Positions 20,201 through 29,674 of a stretch of DNA of 64,000 nt are shown here, one piece after another; the stretch's first letter is position 1; every line of letters starts with the position of its first letter. The notes under the pieces were generated by a model. That model was not told the DNA's origin and did no database searches. It was given only the letters and a program-made list of their open reading frames with translations. Made by a program: the position numbers and the translations under genes. Source of the stretch: a virus; the IMG/VR virus record IMGVR_UViG_3300042885_000570, positions 1 through 64,000 of that record, one strand, 5' to 3'.

Positions 20201-23200
20201 TCTATCTCACCTAGTTTTTCTTTCTCAACTGCATCTTTACTTTTATCATTATATTCATTGATTACTTCTTCAGCTAATGGATTAGTTTTTACAAATACTT
20301 TAAACAAATCCATTAACTCTTCATCACTTGTTTCATCTTCATCAGCTTTTATAGCTGTTTCAGTTTGTTGAAATACTTCTTGTAACTCTTTATATAAGTC
20401 TTTAGGTAATTGTTCTACTGGAGTATAATTAGAATATACATCAGCTTTTGTTTTAGCTTTTTTATCAGCATGTTTATTAGCAGCTTCATCTCTAAGAGCA
20501 TCATATTTTTCTTTAATAGCTGTTACTTGTTCAGGATTTGCTTGTAATTTTTTAGTATATATTTTATATTCAGAAAACTTATCCTTAATGGTATCAGTAT
20601 CAAGCAACTCACCTTTAGAATCATTTAATCTTAATCCATCAAACCCAAAATACATTGTAATTATTTCATCTTTACCATCATATTTTGCATCAACATATTG
20701 ACTTTCATCAATATCATTCAAGATATCATCTATTGTTAATTTTATATCTTTTGCAACAACCTTTTTAATGGTTTTAATTGTTTCAACTTTTTCAAGTTTA
20801 TCTATTTCTGCTTCTTCTTGTGCATCAAGTCTGTCTACTTCAGATTGTAAAGCATCATCAAGTGTAGGTTTTTCAACATCTTCAGATTTAACTCTCTTAT
20901 TTAATATAAGAATTGATATTGCCTCATTATATTTTTCACTACCTTTTGGTATTACCTGTTTAGTTGTCTCATCAAAAAACTCTTCAGGCAATATATCATC
21001 ATTCATGTATGCTTGGAATGCATCAAGATCAATAAATATATTTCTATTAGCTAATGCATTTAATGCTTCATTGTTTTCAAGATTAGCAATTTGTTTATTA
21101 ACCATATCAGTATAATACGGTTTTCTATTATTATACATATCAGTCATCCAAGTCTGAGCTTTCTCAACTTGGTTTACAAATCCTTCTGGGTTATGTAATA
21201 GATTAATATATGTTACAAGTTTTTTAGATTCATTACCTAACTTGTAATGGTCTAATAGTTGCTCAAAACTTTTATCAACATCAGTATCAAATATGTAATT
21301 TTTATCTACACCATTAACAGTCTTTATATAATTCTTATATGCATCTTCAAGTTCTGCATCTGTTTTATACTTATTTTCAGCATTTTTTTCACCAAAAGCT
21401 TTATCTAAGATTAATTCTTTTTCCTCATCAGATAACTCCTCAATACCTGCTTCTTTTTTATACGCTTCTAATACAGCATCAGCTGTAGTTCTATTATTAT
21501 AAACATCATGTTTTGTATGTGCTTCTAAGAATTTTTCTAAAGCATTTAACCTATCTTCTTTTTCTTGTATTTGTTGTTTATTTGAAGGGTCTTTTACATC
21601 TTTTAATCCAGCAATCTCATTTTTAAGCATTACTGTTTCATTGTAGATTCTACTTGGTTGAAAAATTAAATCCATGTCTAACTGAGACATGTTTTGCATT
21701 GATGGATTATTTAATATAGAACCACTTATGTCACTCATTCTTTTTGTAGTATTCATGAAAGCATGATTACTGAATACATAACTTTTTTTAGCATTCTCCC
21801 ATGCACTGTGAAATATTGCAGCTTTAGTATAATCAGGTGATGCCTGATCAAAGTCTGCTAAGTTTACTGGATTAGGGAATCTATCAGTTGCATATTTATA
21901 AGACTTCTCAATTGAGTCAATATTATTTAATACTTTATCAATTTTTTCTTGCTCTTTTGCACCTGTACCTTTTTCAAAACCAAAGGCTTCTTCAAATTCT
22001 TCAGGACTTGTTTCTTTAAAAGATGCAATATGGTCTTTGAAATAATTAAGTGTATTGGTATCTAATGCTGTATGAACTTGAGAAACAAATGCATCACTTA
22101 ATTCATCTTTAGCTTCTTTAGTATTTGCATCTTCAACACCTGAAACAGTATTATTTTGTACACCATAGTTAAATACTCTTGAATTAAAAAATTCTTTTGG
22201 GTCTGCATATAAAGCTGTTAGTCTATTAGCAACACCTTCACCATGTGTTTTTCTTAAGTCTTTATATTCTTGATATTTTGCTTTATTGAATATATTGTTA
22301 TATCCATAATCTAAACCACCTTTAACTGCATTTAAACCTCCAGAAAATAATCCCATTAATGCACCAGATGCAAATGTTTCAAAACCTTGTGCTGAAAATT
22401 GATCTCCTAGTTTTTCATACATTAATGAACTCTGTGCTCTATTATATAAATGAGCACCTAATTCTTTATTTTTATATGCCGTTAAATAATATTCTTCATT
22501 AGCTGTAGATATAACTTCTTGTAAATTTTCTTGTACACCCTCCATTAAGTTGGCTTTAAGATACCTTCCAGCTACTTTAGCAGTTACACTTACAGGTGCT
22601 TTTTTAAATCCTTTAAGTGAGTTTTTAAGTGAGTTTTCTACATAGTTAAACTCACCTTTAGCAATTTTTTTACCCGCTTCTGCTGTTTTTTCAAATACAA
22701 CTTTACCACCTTTTAGATTTAATACATCATCTACTTTAGATTGTAATGCTCTTTTTGATATACCTGATTTTAATAAATTAGGTATTACAATTTTATTTGA
22801 TGCAAAGATTAAAGCAGTATTCCACATTAATGTGTTCATACCTGATTCTTTTGCATTCTTAGTTAATTGATATTGTTCATCATCACTTGGTGCTCTACCA
22901 TTTTTTTTATAAAACGCATCATATGATTTATCATATACTGCATTATCATTCATACCAGCTTCAAGTCTAGCTTCAGATAATGCCATATTAATATTTCTTA
23001 CATCTCTAAATAGACCACCTGCTGTTCTACTTGTACCCTGTGCTAATCTTGCTAATCCTGTTAAGTTATCAGCATTTTTACCAATACCAATTACTGCATC
23101 AAACGTATTTTCAACGGGATTTAAAAATTTACCTATCTTACTTGCACCAATATTTTCTGCTGCTTTCCACATTTTTCTAGCACCATTGATATTGTTTGCT

Positions 23201-24054
23201 TCTTTAAGTGTAGTATTAATAGCTTTATAACCCTTTGTTGCCATATCAAAAGCATCACCTATTTTTCCAATCTTTCTTGCATTGTTAGCAGTAGCAGCAA
23301 AGAAAGATCCACCTGCGGTAATAGGAGAAAGTAAAGCACCAGCTGCTTCTTCAAGAATAGCTTCACCAATGATACCTGCTGTATAAGCAAAACTCATTGC
23401 TGTATTATTAAAAAATGCACCCATTCCTTTTTTAGATGACTGACCAATAGCTGCTGCATTTTCATATACTCTTGCATCTTCTAAGTCAGCACTAAAATCA
23501 CCTTGTAACATTTTAACTAAACTCTTAGGTCCAGATACAAAACCTCTACCTAATAATGGCATGAATGAATTCTTCATCATTCTTGAAAAATCATCTCCCA
23601 TAGTAGTATGAGCATTATACATTGCCTCATTATCTCTTAATGGAGAGAAGCCTATTTCATCAAATTTCTTTTGACCATATGCTGCATATCTTTTATAGAA
23701 AGAGTTACCTGATGGACCAGCATTATATGCATTAACTTTTGCATATTGGTTTTTATCATGTGTTGTAGCAACATTCATTTGAAAACTCTTACCAATTGCA
23801 TCTTTCATTTCATTTGCTGAAAGTTTTTTATTTGGATTTTGTGATGCAGGTCTTCCAGGTGCATGACCAGTTATTGCATCCTGTATAATGTAATTTGGAT
23901 TTGTACTACTTAATGGAGGTGTAACAGGAAAGTTAATTTTATTATCTTTTAAATCATCACCTTCAAAAGCAGACATGCTTTTACTATTAATTGCAGGACC
24001 ACTTACTTTACCAAATTCTAATCCTAATGGGTTTAATGAGCTATTGTTTTCCAT
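17275..24054 (-). CDS. Giant virion cargo/ejection protein with PD-(D/E)xK (RecB-like) nuclease domain
   Basis: 2259 aa. Gly/Ala-rich amphipathic N-terminal region. VAGEMDLLLID..G..HIIDFKTG...Y.LQQ..YA nuclease motif at about 19190-19365. Only Cys is the final residue. Confidence 0.8.
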   Translation of the reverse strand: MENNSSLNPLGLEFGKVSGPAINSKSMSAFEGDDLKDNKINFPVTPPLSSTNPNYIIQDAITGHAPGRPASQNPNKKLSANEMKDAIGKSFQMNVATTHDKNQYAKVNAYNAGPSGNSFYKRYAAYGQKKFDEIGFSPLRDNEAMYNAHTTMGDDFSRMMKNSFMPLLGRGFVSGPKSLVKMLQGDFSADLEDARVYENAAAIGQSSKKGMGAFFNNTAMSFAYTAGIIGEAILEEAAGALLSPITAGGSFFAATANNARKIGKIGDAFDMATKGYKAINTTLKEANNINGARKMWKAAENIGASKIGKFLNPVENTFDAVIGIGKNADNLTGLARLAQGTSRTAGGLFRDVRNINMALSEARLEAGMNDNAVYDKSYDAFYKKNGRAPSDDEQYQLTKNAKESGMNTLMWNTALIFASNKIVIPNLLKSGISKRALQSKVDDVLNLKGGKVVFEKTAEAGKKIAKGEFNYVENSLKNSLKGFKKAPVSVTAKVAGRYLKANLMEGVQENLQEVISTANEEYYLTAYKNKELGAHLYNRAQSSLMYEKLGDQFSAQGFETFASGALMGLFSGGLNAVKGGLDYGYNNIFNKAKYQEYKDLRKTHGEGVANRLTALYADPKEFFNSRVFNYGVQNNTVSGVEDANTKEAKDELSDAFVSQVHTALDTNTLNYFKDHIASFKETSPEEFEEAFGFEKGTGAKEQEKIDKVLNNIDSIEKSYKYATDRFPNPVNLADFDQASPDYTKAAIFHSAWENAKKSYVFSNHAFMNTTKRMSDISGSILNNPSMQNMSQLDMDLIFQPSRIYNETVMLKNEIAGLKDVKDPSNKQQIQEKEDRLNALEKFLEAHTKHDVYNNRTTADAVLEAYKKEAGIEELSDEEKELILDKAFGEKNAENKYKTDAELEDAYKNYIKTVNGVDKNYIFDTDVDKSFEQLLDHYKLGNESKKLVTYINLLHNPEGFVNQVEKAQTWMTDMYNNRKPYYTDMVNKQIANLENNEALNALANRNIFIDLDAFQAYMNDDILPEEFFDETTKQVIPKGSEKYNEAISILILNKRVKSEDVEKPTLDDALQSEVDRLDAQEEAEIDKLEKVETIKTIKKVVAKDIKLTIDDILNDIDESQYVDAKYDGKDEIITMYFGFDGLRLNDSKGELLDTDTIKDKFSEYKIYTKKLQANPEQVTAIKEKYDALRDEAANKHADKKAKTKADVYSNYTPVEQLPKDLYKELQEVFQQTETAIKADEDETSDEELMDLFKVFVKTNPLAEEVINEYNDKSKDAVEKEKLGEIDDFDFILNNKKLNTAAYSIDDIKIFRGQFEELRDEADSTITKTAYQDVITKFNKLISTRDIQNFTPEVQEIIKTLKNELFAKQSGISKLGEEGYAVKGQILARVSNFIEKYKTEKYRYTGADIVKAAYDMTIGNVGFNEKGVKYLINKLKAELHIESVEKNYGYTDETEALLKKHLKNLLVQDLNKVLFKNKEELLEDIQAFISENTYEASRDGGTYVDDELRKFFTKGEAPVFDEKKITREAYDNLFGPTSFLKPIKQRIDAGQLYTVATNLKVYDVDSNVAGEMDLLLIDKEGKLHIIDFKTGNETKWDGFVTQTKFSKNKLEAYTLQQYTYARLLKKMTGLDADINIFPIETTLDQNSKKVLTAGAPTNTKLNGPGKWYFSLDPNFTDAKAKIDKAISIEAPVVKVATELNPVYKKQLVNLGYPIGIINDLTKEQAAELTKDNVPYKEYIKQTSGAKMSFGKATAETVTPTNAKADEDYYESPYGAIAANYLFTGGKGVILSTDYLLQALTSVFPYSGKAIDNIRNKYANKLSQILKDDINTDTYNSVMQEIRDAINNTYGNEKANEIFEKILKNATGFTLSREGNQVSSDAEKLNEDAASATSRLSQPTPTTDAKADVENKIKAFDKTIENEFEEGDYLKVLALAEKQVKNGTILQTPENIQLLTNYPKLFEELIKATDARNKTISEFDKEKVLAGTPNELPIYGIESSINPATGRLEIKWVEVRKEAITNIQLTKIQNYAANELINYKNKLQQELAALETPAENKSVVESVLDTKDIDKRRNKAYGSIQFNYSTDEGYYGIYTDAQGKEELIESWNEKAIKAILKEKYDAEVAALQPQTGPVTKASELNLQKEDTVVVKEVIPEFAEKGDTLTVLKSDENSVSFTNKGKEKTLSLQELNKHTTTMDILKTEQAESTPEILDAIDKQTINETVDAFNTFMGDTDAIAAAIKEADAKSMSEIEDDLLNNLDC
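18339..19036. repeat. Direct repeats encoding T(D/N)AKAD linker
   Basis: CATCAGCTTTAGCATCTGTAG (18339-18359), CATCAGCTTTAGCATTTGTAG (18765-18785, 20/21), and a 16-bp copy AGCTTTAGCATCTGTA (19021-19036). Confidence 0.8.
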
Positions 24055-26999
24055 TATTTTACACTTCTAAAGTTTTCATTATTTATATCTTGCACCTGTG
24101 ACCAATAGTTAAAGGCATCATTTCTTCTTTGTTCTAACTCTTGACCTGAAGCAATTCCAGCACCAGGTACTGAAGCTTGCTCATATCTTTTAGTATCTGG
24201 ATTGTAAAACTTATAACCAAAATTGTATTTATAACCACCCATGATATCATCTTTTTCAAATGTAATGTTATTCATGTTATCACCATCATTAGGATCTTTT
24301 ATTGTAACTTTTTTATTAAAGTTTACGTCAGCTTCTAATGGTGTAGTATAAGTAGATTGGAATAAGTTATTTGTCCAATTTTTATTATCTGATACTAATG
24401 ATATACCATTTTGTAAAATATAATCTGCTTGTTGTTGAGATATAATTCCAGCAGATTTAACACCTTTTTCTGTTTTAGTATAAGTTTGTTTCTTTAACCA
24501 TTCAGCGTCAGGATAAATAATCATTGCCCCTTTATTTGTTTTATTTTGAGCTAATGGTTGTGCAGCTAATCTGAATCCTTTAAATGTACTATTATATTTT
24601 GCTGTTTCATTAAACATTGCATCTAATAATTGTTTACCTTCTTTATTTCTATTAACTCCAGAAGCAACAGGACCCAAAAATCTTACATCAACATCATTAT
24701 CAAAATCAAGACTTTTAATATCTTTTTTAAATTCAGTCCAGTTAGCAGCCCCAACTGAGTTATAAGCATTAGGGTATACAGTAATACCTTGTTGACCAAT
24801 AGTAGTTAAACCAGCTCCTTTCATATCTGCCATTGCTGATATACCTGGAGGAGGTGTTAACTTAATATCAGTAGATTGGTATGCATCATGAATAGCTTTT
24901 TTAAGTTCATTATATGGTGTTTCAGGTTTATTAGGTTTTACTTTACTATCTTTTATTTTAGTACCTGTTACTGGTGATACAGTAAACATTTCATTACTAA
25001 TATTAGCCCATCTTTGTTTTTCTGCTTCTACTTTTGGATTTGAGTGAGGAGGTGTAATACCTGAACGCTTAATAAACTCTGCTTCAGAAACTTGATTACC
25101 ATTTTCATCAAACATGAACTTAACATAGTTTTTCATGTCTTTATCAAGAGTTCTTTCAAGATGATTCTTAACATCTTGTATTGTACCTTTTTTCCACTTT
25201 TGTAAATTAGTAGTATAAGTATAGTAATCATTCAAACCTGTATTAAACTGACTCATGTTTTTACCAACTTCATCAAACTCTTTAACACCTTTGTTATAGT
25301 TTTGAGAAATAACCTTTTGGAAACCAGTTGTAATCTTTTTAAGTTTAGTTGTACCTAACTCACCTTTAATGAATTTATGTGGATCATTTTTTAATTGCTG
25401 GTTAAACTTCTCAATAGTCATATTTTTATCACCAAAGATAGTTTGCATATCATCAGCAGATAACTTACCTTTTAGAGACTCAAGTGATGATAACATATTA
25501 GTTAAATATGGTGTAACACCTTTATCAATAAATCTATTAGAATATGTTGCAGAAGCATCTTTTAAGTTTATAACATCAGTACTTGCTCCTTTTGTTTTTT
25601 GTTCAACAGTATATTGATCTGCATCTTCACTAATAATAGCTCTACCATAAGTTGCACTAGCAGGATTCTGATCATAATGATATGCACCAGATTCAACTAA
25701 GTGTTTATCCATGTTTGCAAGACTTGCAGTTTTTGCTGCACGTTCTCTACTAGCATTAGCAGAAGCAACTTCTTGCATTCTATATTTATGTGCTTCAGCT
25801 TGTACAGCATACGGGTTAGCATTAATATCTTGTTTTGCATCTTTAAATGCAAATACATTTGCAGCTTCACCTAAATCTTTTTGCATTAATCTTGATGCCA
25901 TTGCATTATCTACTTTCCATCTTAATGATTCAATATCACCATAAGGGTTTTCAAATCCTGTACTAGTTGAAGGAGTCCCTGATTTTTCAGAAAGTGATTC
26001 AACATTACTACTTGTAGAACTTAGTAAAGATGAGTTAATATTTTTTGCTTCATTAAGACGTTCTAGATAACTTGCTGTTTCTGGTGTTGCCTCATTTGAA
26101 GCTACAGCTTTTTCAGCTTCAGCAGCTTTAGTACTATACACCTTATCATTTTTTTCTAATCTTGCTTGTCTAGCTTCATTCTCAGCTTTAAGCATTTTAT
26201 AACTTTCAGAAAGATAACTCATTTCAGCAGCATTTTTATCTCCAGCAAATTGAGCTGCATTAGAATATGCATAATCTTTTCTATTTACATAAGCTTGAGT
26301 TTTATATACATCAATAACACCAGGATCAGATCCTAATGTAGCTTCAAATAAATGTGAAAGTTTAGGTATAAGTTGTTCACCATTTTTAGTTTTAACAACC
26401 CATTTACCGTCAGGACTAAAATCAACAGTTTCAACAGATAGACCAGCATCTTTAGCAATTTTCTGTGCTTTCTCCATTACATTAACATAAGGAGTATAGT
26501 TTGCATTTCCAATTGACATTGTCTCCTCAAGAGAAGCATTTTTAAATTCTTCAGTTTTATATTCAAGTGCTTTTAAACCAGCTTCCCAATATTGTGCTCT
26601 TTGTTTTTCATCTCTGTTATTTTTTAATCCAGCTGCATATGACTTTTGACTATTTATATTTTTAGTCCAAGCCATATCTTTCATAAGATTTTTATCTTCA
26701 TAGAAAGGTTTAAATACTTGTTGAGCTTGAGTAACATTTTGTTCAAGAGATAAGTCTAAACCAGAGACACGCTTAAGATTAAAATCAATTGATTTAATTA
26801 ATTCATCTTTTTTCTTAAGATTATCACCGTGAGTTAAATCTGCATAAAAATATTGACCATAAACATTGTTTAATGCTTTATAGTTTGTATCATACTGATT
26901 TTGCTTAGTCTGCAATGCGTTTGCATAAAAGTTTAAATCAGGTTGAAATGGTTGAAACTGAGGTATATAATCTGTAACTCCTTGAAGATAAGTTGCCAT
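24054..26999 (-). CDS. Virion cargo/ejection protein
   Basis: 981 aa, N-terminus YIPQFQPFQPDLNF...KQNQYD, coiled-coil rich; lies between cargo genes; TAATG coupling to the next gene. Confidence 0.7.
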   Translation of the reverse strand: MATYLQGVTDYIPQFQPFQPDLNFYANALQTKQNQYDTNYKALNNVYGQYFYADLTHGDNLKKKDELIKSIDFNLKRVSGLDLSLEQNVTQAQQVFKPFYEDKNLMKDMAWTKNINSQKSYAAGLKNNRDEKQRAQYWEAGLKALEYKTEEFKNASLEETMSIGNANYTPYVNVMEKAQKIAKDAGLSVETVDFSPDGKWVVKTKNGEQLIPKLSHLFEATLGSDPGVIDVYKTQAYVNRKDYAYSNAAQFAGDKNAAEMSYLSESYKMLKAENEARQARLEKNDKVYSTKAAEAEKAVASNEATPETASYLERLNEAKNINSSLLSSTSSNVESLSEKSGTPSTSTGFENPYGDIESLRWKVDNAMASRLMQKDLGEAANVFAFKDAKQDINANPYAVQAEAHKYRMQEVASANASRERAAKTASLANMDKHLVESGAYHYDQNPASATYGRAIISEDADQYTVEQKTKGASTDVINLKDASATYSNRFIDKGVTPYLTNMLSSLESLKGKLSADDMQTIFGDKNMTIEKFNQQLKNDPHKFIKGELGTTKLKKITTGFQKVISQNYNKGVKEFDEVGKNMSQFNTGLNDYYTYTTNLQKWKKGTIQDVKNHLERTLDKDMKNYVKFMFDENGNQVSEAEFIKRSGITPPHSNPKVEAEKQRWANISNEMFTVSPVTGTKIKDSKVKPNKPETPYNELKKAIHDAYQSTDIKLTPPPGISAMADMKGAGLTTIGQQGITVYPNAYNSVGAANWTEFKKDIKSLDFDNDVDVRFLGPVASGVNRNKEGKQLLDAMFNETAKYNSTFKGFRLAAQPLAQNKTNKGAMIIYPDAEWLKKQTYTKTEKGVKSAGIISQQQADYILQNGISLVSDNKNWTNNLFQSTYTTPLEADVNFNKKVTIKDPNDGDNMNNITFEKDDIMGGYKYNFGYKFYNPDTKRYEQASVPGAGIASGQELEQRRNDAFNYWSQVQDINNENFRSVK

Positions 27000-27064
27000 A
27001 ATGTTAATGTTTGTCTATACTGTAAATATATTAAAATTTTATAAGTTTACTAAACCTGGAAAGT

Positions 27065-29665
27065 TTAGGTAAACATAAATGGGAATACATTAGAACCCAT
27101 TACATAACCCATTTGAGTTGTCCCACCTTTTTTACCATATAGTTTCCCTATCATATCTGGATCAACTGCATCACCACTACCACTACTATTATATCTTTTA
27201 ATACGATCTTTTAATAATATTTGTTGTGACTCAGGATCTAACTTAGAATTTTGTAGTTGCATTGCATACTCATCTAAACTCATTTCATCAGTAGGTTTAT
27301 AATTTTTACCTTTAGTAAAACGCATTCTACCACCGCTTCTTGGATCTACTGCATATTGAGGATACATCTGATTCATTGCATCAGTTTTCATCATATTAGT
27401 TGTCAATGTATTTTGAGCATCTGCAAGATTATGTCTAAAAGCACTTTTAGTATTTTTAAATTGTTGATTAAGACGTGCAACATCATCATATAATCCTTTA
27501 TTCTGTGCTTGATTATATCTTTGTGCCTCATTCATTACTTGTGCATTATTACCTGCAAACTGATTAGCAACACCAACATTCATATTATTATATCTACCAA
27601 GTGTATCAGCTGCTTGTTTAGCAGCTTGACCTTGTGTTGATGCAGATCTTGCAGAAGCTGCTTGTGGTCCTGTAAATTGAGCAAGGGCAGTATTAGCAAT
27701 ATTTGCTTGTTCAGATTGAGCTGCTAATTCTCTTGTAGGATCATAAAAAGTAGGAGACATTAATTGTGGTTCATATCTTGCTGCCCATGGTAAAGTTTTA
27801 TCAACATTAAAATAATCACCTGCTGCAAGAGCTAAATTTAATTTATCTTGTTTCCATGCTTCTGGTTGACCTGCATAGGCTGCTTCTGGAACATCCTCTG
27901 GATTAACATCAGCTGCATCTGCTTCAGTAGTATCTTCAACAGGTTGCGCTTCATTTTCATATTGAAACTCTGGTTTACCACCTACTGCATCAAAATGCTC
28001 AATTCCACCTAATATATCATTACCCATTGATGGTCTATATTCACCTTCACCTAATGAATTTTCAATACCTTTTGTAACATCAGCATAATTCTTTTTATAG
28101 AAGTCTTCTGATAATAATGCTTTATCATCTTCTGGTACATCTTTGATTCCTAGGGTACCTGCAAATTGTCTTCTAGCTTGTGCTTTTAATTTAGGATCTT
28201 TTTGTATACGGTCAACTTCATCAAATGCCTCATCATCTGACATACCTAAACCTTTAGCTTGCTCATATATGAATCTTTGTTCATATAAGTCAGGAGTAAA
28301 TCCTGCAACAAATGAACCAGTATTTTTTATTTTACCTGTTTTTGAATCAAGTTTAGAATAAGGACCTGTTGCACCTTGACTAACAACTTTATATTTATCC
28401 GTACCTAATACACCTTTAGCATTAGTAGCATTAAGAGCTCTTGATAATTTTACTCTATCTTTAAAATCACCATCCCACTTACCTGTAATTTTTATATTAC
28501 CATTTTTATCTGTAGTAATACCTCCAGCTTTTATTCCTTTTGCAATAATAGCATTAGCATCCTCAATAAGTTGAGCATTCTCAGGAGATTGTTTTTTAAA
28601 TTCTTCTACAGATATACCTAAAGACTTTGTATCTGCAGTAGGAGTTTTACCAAGTGTTGCTGCTGTTACTTTCTTGTATGTGCCATCTTCTTGTTTAACA
28701 TAGTCACCTGCTCTAGTATCAGTAGTAATTCTATCTCTTACAACAGCATCTTTAGGTAAGTTATCTTTAGTGTAAACTTTTGATTTTACTTCACCTTTAC
28801 TTTGGTATCTATCTAATGAACCACCGTTTCTGTATAATTGTTGTCCAGGATAACTATAATCACCTGTCATTATACCATATTGAGCCATAGGAGGTACTTC
28901 CATCATCTCTTCTTGAGGATTCTGCATACCTTGAACTTGCTCCATAGATTCTTCTTCAGGAGATTGCATACCCATACCTTGGTTTTCATATGGATTCTGC
29001 ATTGCTTGTGCATTCATCTCAGCTTCAGGTTCTGGTTTTTGTGGTATCAAATCTTCTTCATTGATACCCATTGCCTCCATATATGGTTGAGCTACTTCAG
29101 GGATACCTTGTGGGAATCCTTTCTTAGCTTCTTGTGCTAATGCTAATGCACCTAACTTAAGATTAATATTCTTAATCATTAACTCTGCAGATTTCTTATC
29201 TATCTTATCTGAGTTAGGATCTTCTAATATTTTTCTATACTTATTGATATCATATGGTTTTGCTAATTCAGCTGGAGTATATCCTTTTTTACCACAGGCT
29301 TTTGCAAACATTTTTAAAATATTACAATCAGTAATCTTCATTGCTGCAGTATCACTAAAAATAAATGTACCGTCAGGTAAGTTTAATGGTACACCGCCTT
29401 CATGATGTCTTTTACCACTAATGATCATATGCTCAGTGAATCCATCACCATTGATATCACCAAATGCGGTTTCCCCACCTTCAGCTTCTAGATTAGCTTC
29501 ATCTCTTGGAACTTGTTTCAAGTATCTTGTATTCTCAAGATGTCTTGATGCAGCATTCATATCAGCTCCACCAAAACTAATTACTTGTTTATTTAAATTG
29601 TTACCTGTAAAACCTCCCGATTTTGCTTGTGGTAATCTCTTAGTTATTTTTACTTTAAAGTGCAT
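27065..29665 (-). CDS. Virion cargo protein (crAss-like)
   Basis: ANLEAEGGE...G.RHHEGGVPL...FIFSD motif typical of crAss-like cargo proteins; Q/A/N-rich helical C-terminal half; several GG motifs. Confidence 0.7.
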   Translation of the reverse strand: MHFKVKITKRLPQAKSGGFTGNNLNKQVISFGGADMNAASRHLENTRYLKQVPRDEANLEAEGGETAFGDINGDGFTEHMIISGKRHHEGGVPLNLPDGTFIFSDTAAMKITDCNILKMFAKACGKKGYTPAELAKPYDINKYRKILEDPNSDKIDKKSAELMIKNINLKLGALALAQEAKKGFPQGIPEVAQPYMEAMGINEEDLIPQKPEPEAEMNAQAMQNPYENQGMGMQSPEEESMEQVQGMQNPQEEMMEVPPMAQYGIMTGDYSYPGQQLYRNGGSLDRYQSKGEVKSKVYTKDNLPKDAVVRDRITTDTRAGDYVKQEDGTYKKVTAATLGKTPTADTKSLGISVEEFKKQSPENAQLIEDANAIIAKGIKAGGITTDKNGNIKITGKWDGDFKDRVKLSRALNATNAKGVLGTDKYKVVSQGATGPYSKLDSKTGKIKNTGSFVAGFTPDLYEQRFIYEQAKGLGMSDDEAFDEVDRIQKDPKLKAQARRQFAGTLGIKDVPEDDKALLSEDFYKKNYADVTKGIENSLGEGEYRPSMGNDILGGIEHFDAVGGKPEFQYENEAQPVEDTTEADAADVNPEDVPEAAYAGQPEAWKQDKLNLALAAGDYFNVDKTLPWAARYEPQLMSPTFYDPTRELAAQSEQANIANTALAQFTGPQAASARSASTQGQAAKQAADTLGRYNNMNVGVANQFAGNNAQVMNEAQRYNQAQNKGLYDDVARLNQQFKNTKSAFRHNLADAQNTLTTNMMKTDAMNQMYPQYAVDPRSGGRMRFTKGKNYKPTDEMSLDEYAMQLQNSKLDPESQQILLKDRIKRYNSSGSGDAVDPDMIGKLYGKKGGTTQMGYVMGSNVFPFMFT

Positions 29666-29674
29666 AATACAAAA